A stretch of DNA of 64,000 nucleotides, from the NCBI GenBank assembly GCA_965645245.1, contig OZ287077.1, positions 1,798,001 to 1,862,000 of the forward strand. Reading direction: 5' to 3'. Position 1 is the first letter of the stretch; every line of letters starts with the position of its first letter. This stretch comes from Massalongia carnosa. Its lineage: Eukaryota. Below the pieces are notes generated by a model. That model had not been told where the DNA came from, did not search any database, and worked only from the letters and a program-made list of their open reading frames with translations. The position numbers were made by a program, and so were the translations under genes. Positions 36,401 through 50,200 of this stretch are shown here, one piece after another.

Positions 36401-38306
36401 TCTGCACTTGATGGCGAGCTCAACGCATAAAAATAGCAGGGAGCTATGTTCATAGGGTTCAGGACACACGACTTTATACCCAATTTAACTCAAGAAAAAG
36501 TTAGTTGTTTGATAGAAATCTATCAACTGCTTAAGGCATTCTCAACCCTTCCCAAAATGCTTGATTCAGGATTGCACTATCTGCCTATCATAACCTCCGT
36601 CGGCAGATTCACTCATCCCATTTCTCTCGCCCACCTGCGCTATTTGCTGCTTCAGCTAAATGTAGTTCTTGTTCCCGCTTCTCTTAAGCAGAGCAGATGG
36701 GAGCATATTGGTTAGGGAGGGAAAAAGGGGGGGGTTTTGAGGTCCCGATTTTGTACGATGGATCCTGCCTCCAGAACCTTCGCCTTTGTATCTGGGTATG
36801 TATCTATCCACATATTTATGTATGTCTCGTGTTGAACACTTACGTGCTGTTTGCTTAATATAACGGACTATAACCCTCCCCCCTAAATCAAGCTAATATT
36901 GGGCGCAGGCCTCGGAATAGACTCAGGATTGGTGAGGATATGTTTCGAGAGGGAGGAATTCCTCTAAGTTGCCTAGTTGTCAACGGTCCCGCCATAGTGC
37001 TAACAATACAGCTGCCGTTTTGCGAGCCAGCGAAAGTGTGCTATCCCAAGCCATTTGACTTAAGCCCTCTTTCTGGTAAAGATATTTGGTAACAAGGAAA
37101 TAAGCCGTTGGAATATAGGGAGGATGGCTTGTTGGATAACGTGCTGGGAACTCCAAAAGTAAACGACAAACCCTATCTCTTGTGGAGTTTAAGATCTCCG
37201 ATCGAGAGGTCCAACACCCACTTTGCGTAAAATTCCTGTACTGTAGGGGGAAGCTACTTTCCGCTCATGTTCCACCGTGCCTGGAGTTGGCCGTGTTTCT
37301 CTAGCAGCGTGAGGGCATTTTCACGGTGTCTTGAATCATGGTGTGTCTTAGATGTCAACCTTTATGCAATAAGGTGATTGTTCTAAATTTTAAGCCTGAT
37401 GCTAGCCCCAAATGCCTTGTAATACCATGAGCTTTGGTTGGTAACACATCTCGATATCGATAGTCTTTATGCCTTGCTAACTAAATTTAAATTCTAGGCA
37501 CACATTTTTCAGTTCCATTCAAATTCAAGCCAAGCAGCTGCGAGCTCAGTGTTTTCAGGATGTTTCTTTCTAGAACACAGCCGATATACTCATGAGCCAT
37601 AAAAACCGGGTGGAACGCGGGGATGCAGGGCCGCCTAGGGCTCCTGGGCCGTGAAGGCAACAAGGCATTCTCCAGGGGAGCAAGAATGAGTAGCAAGGGT
37701 CGGAAGACAAAAGAGTTATTGAAAGAGTAGCAAATGGATTACACGTTTTCACAGTTCCATAATTCATGCTTAGCCAGTCTGATGAGAGTAATGACTGTTT
37801 TAGCGGTAAGGCAGGCTACTAAACAAAGGGGTGCCGTTGATGGATTGCGTCATAGAGGAATTGACAGTAATACGAACAGGAAAGCCGATAACGAAATCGT
37901 GCGACAGCAAACCAGACCCGCTAATAATAAACACCGCGGATCTGATGGGTTTCAAGAACACGGCAGTGAATGAAATGGGGTGGGATTTTAAAACCTCATG
38001 TGGATTTTCTCAAATAGGCGAGTCTGGGAAACGCGTGGATGGTACGGAGCACTCTGTACTCGGCATTTGAAAACGAACGGGAACAAGATCAGCGCAAGAG
38101 ATAAGACTCGCCTTGCGAGCCACATCAACTCCGAATCACCATCCGGCAGGGCTTGGGATTTGGGATGCAATTCCAACTCCCCGGGAGGATTCGAAAATCG
38201 ATAATCTTCTATACCTGCTCACTAACAGAAATCCGATGAGACGTCTCTCCTATTGATGGTGTGCTTTTTGCCGTGTGTCATGTTTTCGGCCCTGAACCCG
38301 TATGCG

Positions 38307-38313
38307 TATAAAA
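38307..38313 (+). promoter_or_regulatory. TATA box upstream of the secreted Cys-rich gene
   Basis: TATAAAA about 125 bp before ATG 38432. Confidence 0.45.
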
Positions 38314-38431
38314 GAAAGCCTTCATCATGACTCTGATCACTCTTGCTTTTAGAAGCCCTGTAGCTTTCCTACTCCCTATCCAAGATCATCGCTACAAAAC
38401 CTACTTACAAGGAGCTTTACCCATCTTCGAC

Positions 38432-39319
38432 ATGCACTTTTTTCTAGCTGCATTGAGTGCGCTTTCTTACGCGGCAGCCCTTCCTCAGGGTACTAGTACT
38501 CAACATGAGGTATGTAAGACACCGGAGAAGGAAACCGATACCACCGGCCCCATATGGGATTGTACGGAAGGACAAAAATCCTGCTGCACTGGTGACGCAT
38601 ATCCAGCGGAAAAGGTGGCACATTGGCAAATCCCCGGATTCTGGAATTTGCAGAACTGTTTTCCATGTAGGTATCTGTTTCTCTGTGAAAAAACCACGCA
38701 GCTATTAGAATTCTGGTTACTTTTTTTTTCCGTTCCGCTACTCTTTTCACCCGATGCTAGCTGGTCTCTCATCTTCGCTTCTCTAACTGTCGGCTTTTAT
38801 TCATATAGCTTTCTGAGGAGAAACCTCCTTTGACTAGAAAGATAGAAGATCACTCCTAACTGCCGACAGATGCTGACGATCCGGAGAGCTGTGATAGTAT
38901 ATGGTTCTGGTGGTGCTGTGACAGCTTCAGGGTAGACATTTCCCAAGACATACTTGCCGCTCGAGAAAGGTGCTAAACCAAAGATACTCAACCAGGTCCC
39001 TCGGATAGGGCTTGACTGTTTTCGCCCTGCACTCCTCAATAAGGAAAACTCCAAGAGCTGCCATGCGGCTATTCGCCCAGACGGTAACTCGCCCGATCAA
39101 TTTGCCGCGTTCGTGTCTACCTTCTCGGATGATCAAGGCACTGGGGCTGTGTCAAACAGTGGAACGCAGGAACCTTCGCTTCTCGATGGTATCGCAGAAG
39201 ATCCGTCGGTACCGACGAAACTGGCTTCGACACCTGAAACAAAGGTGGACGGGTCCGGAGTTGAGACCCTGCAAAACGCCATGCCGTCTGAGTTTCTTGG
39301 GAATGATTGGGCCACTTAA
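38432..39319 (+). CDS. Secreted Cys-rich, hydrophobin-like protein with acidic Ser/Thr tail; predicted introns 38667-38869 and 38932-38995
   Basis: Signal peptide MHFFLAALSALSYAAALP; spliced core gives C-CC-C-C-CC-C ending GLDC; second donor (GTAGAC) is weak. Confidence 0.65.
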
Positions 39320-40410
39320 TACGTCTAGCTTCCACCTTGACCTTGATCTACTATACAAAACAATGTTTCCCTTCACACGTCACAAAATTATATACAGGAT
39401 TCACTCTTGGCGCCTGGAACCTGTTTCCCAGATCTACAATCATGCAGCCTTCCAACTCCAAGCTCTCAGCTCGATTTATGCGGGTAGATATTGTATCTTT
39501 TTACTTTGGAATTGAAATAGCGATGGCAGGGAGGTTCACTCATTTTGCGCATCATTAAGCAGGGTTTTATCCTTAACGCTTCTATAGCGTTAATAATGTG
39601 GAGACCCTACAACTATAATAATAGAAGAACTTCCGCGCCGTTGAGAAAGAACCTAACCAACCAACCAACCAACCCCCCGCCTCACAAATCCTCAGAACCG
39701 CGCCAAAACAAAGCAACTCCTAATTACTTTCCCAATCAACTTCCGAAAGTTTCCCGCTTCCCCAATTTGGAAATAAAATGCTTCTCCCCCCCCAAACCCT
39801 ATTCTAGGAATGTCCCTTAGCATTCTGGGCAATCGCAGAAAATTTTAATAACACAAAAGAGAAAGGGGGTTGCGTGGAGAAAAGGACGATGAAGAGGCGA
39901 GGCGAGAAAGTGAAAGTGAAAGTGAAAGAGAGGAGAAGAGGGAAGGATTTCAAGAGTTGACCGCAAGGGAAAATAAAAAAAAATGGAACAGGAAACAAAG
40001 GAGTCGAATTGAAGGGGAGGGGATGGGATGGAGAGGGCTTTGGGTCCAGAGTCCGAAGCTCGAAAGCAGGGTAACTGCTACAGTAGGTTGGGTAGAATGA
40101 ATAAATACTTAAACTCTCAAGAAAATCAAGTATCCTAGGGTTTGTTTTCGACAAAGAGCTACTGTAGGTATTTTGGGATATGCGCGCCCCCCCTCCCGCC
40201 CCCCCCCTGTTGATTTTCTGGCTGAATGAATAGGAGGAATGAATCCCAAGGGAAATCTTCTCCGTTGCGCTTTTAAGGTAGTTATGTTCCATCTCTTCTG
40301 GAAGGCTTAGAACTAGACTATATACATATATACATACATACATACTTACATACCTTCAAAGCTCCTGGTCGCTTATAATACACACTCGGTCCTCATCCGC
40401 AAAGAGCAAG

Positions 40411-43400
40411 CTACTTGCCTCCACGCCAAATCTGACTGGCCCTCGGGGTCAGAAACCTTGCTCCGAGATTCCTTGCCAGGCTCTCATACGCCACGTCCTC
40501 CCGCGCCTCCTCGTCGGCGGGGGCGGGATCCCGCCAGCGGGCCTGCTCGTCGTCGTCGTCATCGCCAAAGGCGCTCTCGGCCGTCACGGTCATGGAAGCG
40601 CTACTTTTGCGCCGCGAGGGGTACTCGATTGTGATAATGGCGTGGGCGGCGCAGTCACAGCCGCACCCGGAGATGCAGAGCTGGGAGTCCGAGTCGATAG
40701 AGGGGGGGGAAAAGGCGAGGAGCTGAGCGCGGCAGGAAAGGTGGAGGACGTGGCCGCAGAAAAGGCAGGGGGAGGCAAGGCCGCGGATTAGAGAGGCGCA
40801 GAGGATGCAGGTTAGCGGGATTTGGGGGATGGTGCAGAAGGTGCATGTGGTTGGACTGGAGGACTGTGGAGGGAGAACCATAGAACAGCTTGTGCAGTGA
40901 TTTCGGATGTTGAGCATAAAGTCTCTGGGGTTAGGCATGGTGCTGGTGGGGGGAAGCTTGCCAATGGCGATTAGTGGAGGACCCGGTCCTTGCGCAGGAG
41001 ATGCCGAGAGCGCCCGCGCGCTGTTGTATTTCAATATTTCGCAGCTGGTAAAAGGCATCTCCCAGACGTAAAGCATTTCGGCATACGCTTCACGGTAGGC
41101 ACGATATCTCCACTCCTGATCCGCATCCAGTAAGGGAACATCGGCATAGCCGTCATTGTGGAACTGGTTTTGATTTTGCAGCTTGATGGTGAAAGCTGGC
41201 TTCTTGGGTCCAGTCGTATCCTCTTCCGCGTCTGACGCCGAAAGCGAATAGGCAGGCTTTGGATCTTCGGATATAGTGGATGTTTTCCCAAAAAAGCTCG
41301 TCGATCCCCAGGTCACGCCAGGAGGCGCAGCTCCCAAGAAGCTTCCTGCGGGGCTCGAGCGTTTTCTCGAGTATGTAGCGGGTGGAGATGAGGATGCGGA
41401 AGCGGTGAAGGAGAACGGACGCGCCAAGGAGGCTGTAAATGCGTTTGCTAAATTTGAATTGGAGCGATGGACATGGCGATGTTGTTCGGGTGAAGCGGAG
41501 ATGTTAGTTGTTCGGGAATAGGTGCGCTCAAGATTGCTACGGTTTGGTTTGAAAATTAATGGGGGCGTTCCACCGGAAAATGGGGTCAATGGGTCACTAA
41601 TTGACCCGCCTACAGATGAGTTCGCAGAATGAGAAATGTTGAGGTTTTTGTTTGTGTTCAAAAGCATAGATCTTTCAGACAGGTTGGGTTCCAGCAGACT
41701 CCTCGCAACCTCTTCAAACGGGAAGTAACCGCGTAATTTCTGTAAATCTCGCCTCGTAGAATCGAAGCCTGTTAACGAATAGCCAGGTCTTGTTTGTTCG
41801 TCCAACTCAACTCCTACAAGGCGTGATTTGGCGCCACAAGATTCGCTGAGTATACAGGACAGCATTCCAAGCATTTGCACATCCGCTAATTGCTCATAAT
41901 GATGAAAACTGCAAGCCGTCAATAAGAAAGTCAGGCTGATCGGTACTGAAGAACTCACAGCGCATCGACCATCCACCGCCCAAAAGGATGAAGGCCCCAC
42001 TTCACACTCCCTTGCACCCTCACATTCGCTTGTTTTTCGATCGTATCCAAAGATAGATCCACCGCGCTGTCAATTTTGGAAAGCGATGACAAGGCATCTT
42101 GTGCAACTAACATGATGGACTCGTCATTATGCGGATGTTGTATATTATGCAGCGGCACCTGCTCTTGCAATATCAACTCAACAAAATCCCAAGCATCCGC
42201 TAGATTTTGATCTCCATTTCGTCTAGCCACCTCGGCGTTGTGAACACAACAATCGGGACCTCCGATGATATAGTCTTGTGCGAATACCTGTTTTGAAGGA
42301 ACAAGCTCTCTAAAGTCATGGACAGAAACGAGGTTGGCCGACTTTGATCCTGTGAGCTTAGGTAGACCCATACCCCCACTAGATAATTGTGATTCATCTA
42401 CTGAATGAGTATGCTGGTTCTCTGACGCGTCACCGCGCCAAGCTGATGACGGAATGAAGTGGTGGTGAGATGCGCCAAAAACATCCAAAGAAGAGGATGA
42501 ACCAGAGGAGGAGGTGGAATAGGGTTCAGAGTCTGATCCATCGCTTTCAATATCTTCCAAGTTGGAGGACGCGTTTTTGGGGGCTAAAGATCGATTATAA
42601 AGGCGGCCAAACCCTTCGAAAAGGGTCTTGTGGCTTCTTGATGACTGATCTGTGTTTTTCAGGCTCAGATCGAGGAGAGAAGGCGTCCTATCACGGGGAG
42701 GAAAGAAACAAACCAAAGCCCCGTTATTGGCCCACAAAGCTCCGCAGGTTTTTCGTAACGGAGCATTGTATTGAGCATTTGAAGCTGCAATCATACCGTC
42801 ACTCAACTCCATGCCCTGAGCCTGTGAGTTTATATACTGCCCAGCCTCGTCGTCATCATCGTCGCTTGAACTCAATTCTGGATTCTGCATCAGGTCTAAA
42901 TCAGTGTGATCAGGACATTTTTTTAACCATATCAGGCTCTCTTCTAAGTTTTGTTCTCCGAGCAAGTAACGAACAATGGCTTCCAGTGAGTTTCTTTGCC
43001 GAGATAAATAGGCACCAACGATTTGCTGGAGCTCAGAGACAACTTTTGGTAGAACCTCGCTTCTCATTGATGCTGTTTTTTCAATGTTAAAAGTAGGGGT
43101 GCCTTCTTTAGGATAGTCCTTTGGAAATTCTATAACTGTTTTGATATAGGTTGAGCTACCTTCCGCCCCCCACGGCCCTGATAGCGAGACCACCACGAAG
43201 CGATTTTGCATATCAACCTTGAAAAGATGTAAGTATTTATGGAAAAGTGAACGCATCAAAAGTTTGTGGGTACAGATTAAGATTATTTTACCTCATCGAA
43301 TGTTACTTTGCCGAATTTATCTCCAACGTAAGTAATCTCCTCGCCTAGCTCAAAAATATCCCAAATGCGATGAGATTTTAAACCCGGGGAAAACAAAGAT

Positions 43401-44849
43401 GTGAGGCTTTGATGCATGCCAGACGGCATTGCTTCGCGTTTTCCGATTTTGACTCCCTTCATCCACGAGATCGGATCCATCTCCTGGCGTTGACCTCCTC
43501 TACCACCCACTGACCTCATAGAGCCTCCAATTACCCCACCATAATTTGACTTCATCATAGATCCACCTATACCGACAGCCCACGTGCTCTTAGAACCATA
43601 TTCTTCCCTATCGAAAGGGCGAATCCCTCCCCCAGATGCCTCTCGAGCAGATTTGGTGCCATATTTGGTCTGCTTTTCGCGAAACGTTTTATATTTTGCA
43701 TTCTTCCTTGTCAGGTTGACTTTATTCAAGGCATTCATCCCCTTCTCGTAGCCAACGTCGTGGAGAATGCTGTCGCTTACAACATGCAAACGCAAAAGCC
43801 GATCTTTCCCCCAAGATACAAGCTGAAATTCCCGATTATCCATCCCTTCGGTGATGCTACCTCTAGGTCGCCAAAGAAACTCCTTAACTTGACCCTCGTG
43901 GCCTCCGAACTGATGAACTGCCTGCATCATTTCATTACCTTGCATTTCTTTATGCAAGCGACGGTCATAAAGATGAAGGTTATGGTTGCCACGTTGTGGC
44001 ATAGCAAGCAGCGCTGAACCAAAGGGTGTATGACGGGCTCTCCAAACAGGGAATGGCGTTTGAATTGTATATTCTGGGATATCTCTATCGCTAGTGTAGT
44101 CCCAGAACTTGATGGTTTTGTCCAAAGAACAAGTCGCTACATTGTTTGTTTCTGTTCGATTCCAATCAACCCCATAAATCTTTGTTGCATGTGCCTCAAT
44201 CGACCGTAGCGGGTATGCCCCTTTCCGGTCATCCCAGATTCGGAGGAATTTATCGTGTGAGGAGGCCAAAATGTGAGCATCTTGTCTATTCCATTTAACT
44301 TGAGTAGCGCCAGCAAACCAATCGCAAAATGTCATTGCTGGTCTTGCAGGGTGACGGAGATCCCAGCAGTGGACAAAGCTATCAACAGCACAAGTTGCTA
44401 AAATATCAGGATGATGCGCAGAAAAATTGATGTCTGTAATAGCCCGAGTATGGGCATGTAGGACATGCTCTATCGATGCTTGGGAGCTGATCATTGCAAG
44501 GTTCCAGACGAGGGCTTTTTGGTTTGAAGTACTGACTACCCAGTAGTCCCGTGCTGTAAAAGGTGACCACTGGACATCTGCAACCTCCCATGGTGTATAA
44601 TGAGGAAGATGTCGAGGAACTGATGATGGCCAGTCTAGATCAATTATATGCAAGCCCTGACGACTTCTTATGTTAAAAGGTATCTTTTCATCCGAGACTC
44701 AAGACTTACGATGCTAGGACTACGTCTCTTCCACAAGGTGATATAGAGGCTGAGCCAACGGGCTTGTCAAGGTAAACTGACCCCTCTTCCCCGAAGGTTG
44801 GGCTATCAAAGGCGTCCTTCAGCTCCTTCGGCTCCCTGAAGGCTGCCAT
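40411..44849 (-). CDS. MTC5: SEA/GATOR2 complex subunit Mtc5/Sea3 (WDR59): WD40 + RWD + C-terminal RING-like; introns 44709-44664, 43291-43218, 41958-41909
   Basis: WEVADVQWSP, HAHTRAITDINFS, AGATQVKWNR, PVWRARHTPFG, RWD-like FPKDYP, ADVQMLGMLSCIL, CILC...CLFCGHVLH...CISGCGCDC. Confidence 0.9.
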
Positions 44850-45513
44850 TGGATCCTAATTAGTAAGACTTGTGAGAATTTTTATTTGTGAGTAGATTGA
44901 TTTTCAGGTATAGTTTGTTGAAGTAATCTTCCTTGCGTCATTATGAACTTCGTTCAATTTACTTTTTTATTGTGCAAATGACAAGTTTTATTACAGTGAC
45001 AGCGCCAGCAAATCATGCTTTGATGAAGGCGCAAGTCTCGAACTTTGAACGAGAGCAGGAATGTCAATTCCTGATTAAGGTCAATACATCTGCCTCTCTT
45101 AATTTCATCTTTTTATGTAGTAGTTGCCCATTCTCTGGGTATAAAGTCATTGTTACGAGCGATTCAAAAAGAAGTTACAATCATTAGGAAAACTTGACTG
45201 TTGATAAAATTAAAGAAAAAGATGGAGAAGAATGGGTTTGAGGAATACGGATTTAGTTACTCGACCCAACTGTTGATAAGACGCAGTCACCAAGTCACAT
45301 GTTTGTTGCGCTAAGCGATGGTCAGAATTTCAGCCTAGAAGTAATATACGGAATACTACGGAGTAGCCTTGAGTTGATTGCACACTTCTCGCCTTGTTCA
45401 CGATAGGAGCATAATCGAGGATAACTAAGCCTAGTGGGATAGTGTTGTGTGGCAGGCAGTGTTTGACCTAGAGTTTCTTCTCTTGGGGTATTTCGCAAAG
45501 ACCCACTGCCGCC

Positions 45514-46135
45514 ATGGCAGCGCTGCCGAAAAGAATTGTGAAGGAGACAGAACGTTTGATGGCGGAGCCGTGAGTTTGAAAGCTTCACTTTATGTCTGAC
45601 TGAACTTAATCTGCAGTTGCTAAATGTATTTTCTGGCAGAGTACCGGGTATCAGCGCAATTCCCCATGAGGATAACTTAAGATATTTCGATGTCAAGATA
45701 CACGGACCATCTCAATCACCCTACGAAGGCTAGTGTTCCTAAGCAGTTAGCAGACATCCCATCTGATGCTCATGGCAGCTGGGATTTTTAAGCTTGAACT
45801 CTTCCTCCCAGACGATTATCCTATGACTCCGCCTAAGATCAGATTTCTTACTAAAATATACCATCCAAATATCGATAAGCTTGGCCGCATATGCTTAGAC
45901 GTGTTGAAAAGTATAGCTTTTTGGTCATTGTATGTGGTTTCAGAAGCTAACTCTTGCAGGTAACTGGTCTCCTGCTCTTCAAATACGCACAATTCTTCTC
46001 TCAATACAAGCACTTCTTGGGGCTCCGAATCCTGATGATCCGTTAGCAAACGATGTTGCCCAACGGTGGAAAGAAGACGAACAAGCAGCTATACAAACTG
46101 CGAGAGAATGGACTCGGACTTACGCCAAGGCATAA
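45514..46135 (+). CDS. UBC13: Ubiquitin-conjugating enzyme Ubc13 (UBE2N); introns 45570-45639, 45729-45778 (GC-AG), 45911-45959
   Basis: [67 protein letters not shown]. Confidence 0.95.
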
Positions 46136-47250
46136 CAGGCGCTTTGGGCGGGACGTAGTTTAAGATTTCAAGAACATGATTATTCGAGACGTGAGCTACG
46201 ATGGTGATGCCAGGAGTGCCAGGTGTACTTGCAGTTCCATACCTTTTGTTTAAGTGATCACGCTTTCCAAGAAGGCGGTTGCCTTTTTCTCCCCTAAGTC
46301 TTTGTCAAATCTCCTATTGGTACTGGCTCAGGCTAATGACCCTGAAAATCTGACGTTCTTATGTGGCATTCACGTTAGACATGTGTGCTTCGAGTTGAGT
46401 TGATGGAAAGTTCATCAAATACTTCTATCTTTATAACTTTACAAGAATATTTTTCGTCTCCACGAGGAAACCGACGGACTGAAAAGACTTGAGTAAGACC
46501 CTGAACCCGGTTCATCAACCTATGTGCTCATGATAAAGCTGGTCCATACCGTTTATGTGGCTGGATACTTACTGGGAGATCATATTTGAAGCTGCAAGTA
46601 CGATCATATCCAATCCCTCCGATGTCTCCTTTGATCTTTAGCCATCAGCTGCGAGATGCGTTGCGGTATTCATCGTGACCATCATGCTTCCCCGGCATAT
46701 ACCTAAGATTGCGACCCGAGAAACGCAAAGAACATCTATCTGTTGCCTTTTATGCTTATGTTTCCTCTGCAGATGCACTAATCCCATCCGATGAGTTTTA
46801 ATATTTCAATATGTGAGAACAGTCTTTTGAAAAAAACATACAGCTAGTTGAGTCCGGCAGTTCACTCCATGTCGAGCTTTTTTCTCCCTGCGCGATCTTG
46901 AAGGAACGCTTAGATCACCTAAATGACGTGAAGGATGTATGTCGGCATTCAGGTAGGCGATATGTCTCTGTTCGTTCGAACTTGTCTATGCGTTTGAATG
47001 GTGCTTTTCCGCAAGCTCCATATCACGAAAATCCGTAAAACAAAGCTTTGGGAAGTTGTTTAACAAAGTTATCAATAAGATCACCTTTCATGCTCCTCCT
47101 AACCTCTTCGTCTGTTTAGATTTTTTTGATTAATTCACGCTTCGCATCTACACATATCTGCTACTATCATGAGCTAGCTACCTTTATGCTTTCGTGCCCT
47201 ATTAAGCTAGAATAACCGAGACTTTAGCGTTCTTTTCGCTTTATGCAAAG

Positions 47251-50200
47251 ATGGATAAGACCTGTTCATCACACTTTGTTGGTCTCGCGTCAACAAGCTT
47301 ACGAGACTCCTTGACGTCGTTGTCAGTAAAGTTCAATGCAATCAAAAGGCAAGTTCTGAACAAATTTTATCTCCGAATCATCAACTTCATAGGCTATATC
47401 AAAGCAATGTTTGTCAGAGTGAGGAACCAGCGCCGTAGGAGAGTCGAAGAGGTGTGTCTCTTTTTATCACTGCCCCAGAATCGGCCTGACGAAGTGGTAT
47501 AATATAGGAGGAAGAAGAGTTTCTCAACTTCGTTTATGAATTCATCAACGACCCAACCCTAGACCCACATCCAATCTCTGACAGAGACCTGGACTATGTC
47601 CAGGATCTAGAAGATGAGATGTACTTTCCCCCGACTCAAGAAGACGAGATTGGGTATGGCTATGACCGGGAACACTTTCAAGTCCCTAAGCAGCTTTCAG
47701 CACAGGAGACAGATACGTCCGCTTCCAAAGCCAAGGATAATTGTGATGAGAGTTCCCTTAACGCACTAGAACCCATTCAAGATGAGTATGAGCATTCCAC
47801 CAACGATCTAGAAGCCGAGCAAGATGAGTACGAGCAACCCACCAGTGATCCAGAAGCCGAGCAAGATGAGTACGAGCGTTCTATCGACGATCTAGAACCC
47901 GAGGGGGATCAGCTTGAGAATTCCCTCAACCCTCAACATTATCCTTCATCAAGGCATTTAACAAGCCAGGATGGGTTTGAAGATACTGAGAGCCAGGAAT
48001 ATGAGCTGGGAAACTCATCAGACTTTCAGCTGTCAAGACCTCCCACAAGTGATCGACCAGTGCCTAATGAAAATGAAAAAATCCGAAGCTTGATTAATCA
48101 TAGTAAGTAGAGAACAATCTGTGTTTGTGTCTGCTTTAGATGGCTAATTTATAACTATCATAGTCGATCAGTATGATCGAACCATACTACCCTTACCTCG
48201 AGACGGAGATCGGACGCGATATGCTCCTCCTGATCGGCATGCACGTATCGAAACCGACCTTCTCCCAAAGCCGTTAAACATCCGAACCAACCAGGGAAGA
48301 TATGCAGAGAATGATGAGAGGCAACAATCATCTCTTCAAGAGTTTCTGAATGTACTCAACGAAGGTCCGCCATCCTTCGAGCTTACTACCGCTACAACGA
48401 AAATTAAGCCCAAGGAGAAAACACCCAGATTTCGCTCTCCTTTCACCACTATTGCGTCTGCATCGAAAGAGAATGTTAGCATCCCTCGCACGTCATTCGC
48501 ATCCGGCGCATCCGGCTCTAAGGACAGTCCCCCCAAGTTCCCTTCTCCGTTTAGTATTACGGGTTCTGCATCTAAAAACAACGTCAATACATTTACCTCT
48601 CCTTTGTCATATGACGCGTCTACAGCAAAAGACAACCTCGACACACCTCGTTCGCGAGTGTTTTCTAACGCGTCTACTTCTGAGTCTAAAGAGAAAATCA
48701 AAGCGATTCGCCCACCGCCTTTTGCTACGCTGCGCCACAAATTTTCAAGTATATTCATCGGAGAGGCCTCCAGGAGAGACGAGAAGCGTGATCAAATCAG
48801 TGAACGTGTATTTACTTCCACGGCCAATCTTCTAAACCCATCTAGCCAGGCTGAATTTCCAATCTGCAATACTTATCAAGATCGGGGTACTCAAACCGTT
48901 CTGAGTTTTCACCCCACAGATAAACTTTTAATCACAAAGAGTTCTAGCATCGCCGCCAAGCCTCCAGCCTTAGCGAGCTCAGAAACCGATTCAAGTCCTA
49001 GAATCAAAAAAATATCTCGTAAGCCTGTGTTACCCTTAGAAACAACTCCATCAGCCGAAAATGTTGCTCTGTCAAAGACTTTGGTGCAGAATACCCAACA
49101 GGGTCAGAGTTCTCGGAATTTTGAAACTCCAGCAAACAAGGCAAGATCAGCTACTAGAGCCACTCCAGGAACCAGCGAAATTATACGTAAACCTGTGCCG
49201 AATCTGGAGACAACTTCTTCAGCCATGAATGCCCTAACACCAGATCCTAGCTCATCTGTTCATGGGCGACTAAGTAGTCAGTCAGATCCCTTTGGTTCGC
49301 ATCCAATGGTTGAAAGATCTACAGTTCGACAAGGATCGAAGATTTCATCGCCTATTATTGCTAGAAGAGCTCATCAGAATGAAGCACCGACATACACCCC
49401 TAGACATCCTATAATTAAGGAATTTGAGAAGGCATATCTGGAAGAGGCTTTTGGAGTCAGTTCAACAAGAGACTTGCTTGCAACTCCTCAATCGAAACAT
49501 GCTACTAGAGAGCCTTCCTCGCTAGCAAACATTCCCAGCAAACGTCGCAAAGCACAAGGCCTGAACATCTCTAACTTTATCTCTCCTCTCTCAGCATTAG
49601 TACACCGTAGTTCGCGTGAGAAGAAAGAGGCTGCCCAAAGTCCTAAAGAGCTTAGATCTACCAAAACCCCTCAGTGCCATCAGAACATCTCCAATATGAC
49701 CTCACCGGTACAGGAATCACCATGTCATAAACCAGATAACAAAGGAAGCGTTCGAGCTATAGTAGAATCAAGCTCAGGAAATACCACGCCTCGAAAAAAT
49801 AGCCCCCACCCCAACTCGCCACTTCCAGAACCGCCATACCGCAGCAATTTGGGTATTAATCGAAATCCTACAGAACAAAGTTCCGAGAATCTTACATCTC
49901 ATCTTCAGAACTTCTTGAATCTTCCTTCATCGCCATCACAATCACCATACCACAATGTGGATAGCAACGCAAGGACTGTTCGAAATCCTGTAGAATTTAG
50001 CTCCGGGAATCATCGACAGAATATTGCTAACCTTCCCTCGTCGCCATCAGAGTCACCACATCGTACCCGAGATGGCACTACGGGGGCAGAGTCTAGCGCA
50101 AGTGGCGCTAAAGGAAAAGACAAAGAGCCGAGGGACTCCGCCGAGGATCCCGAGGCGAAAGCCCAGATGGAGCAGGAGAACTTCGTGGCCTTTAAGGTGA

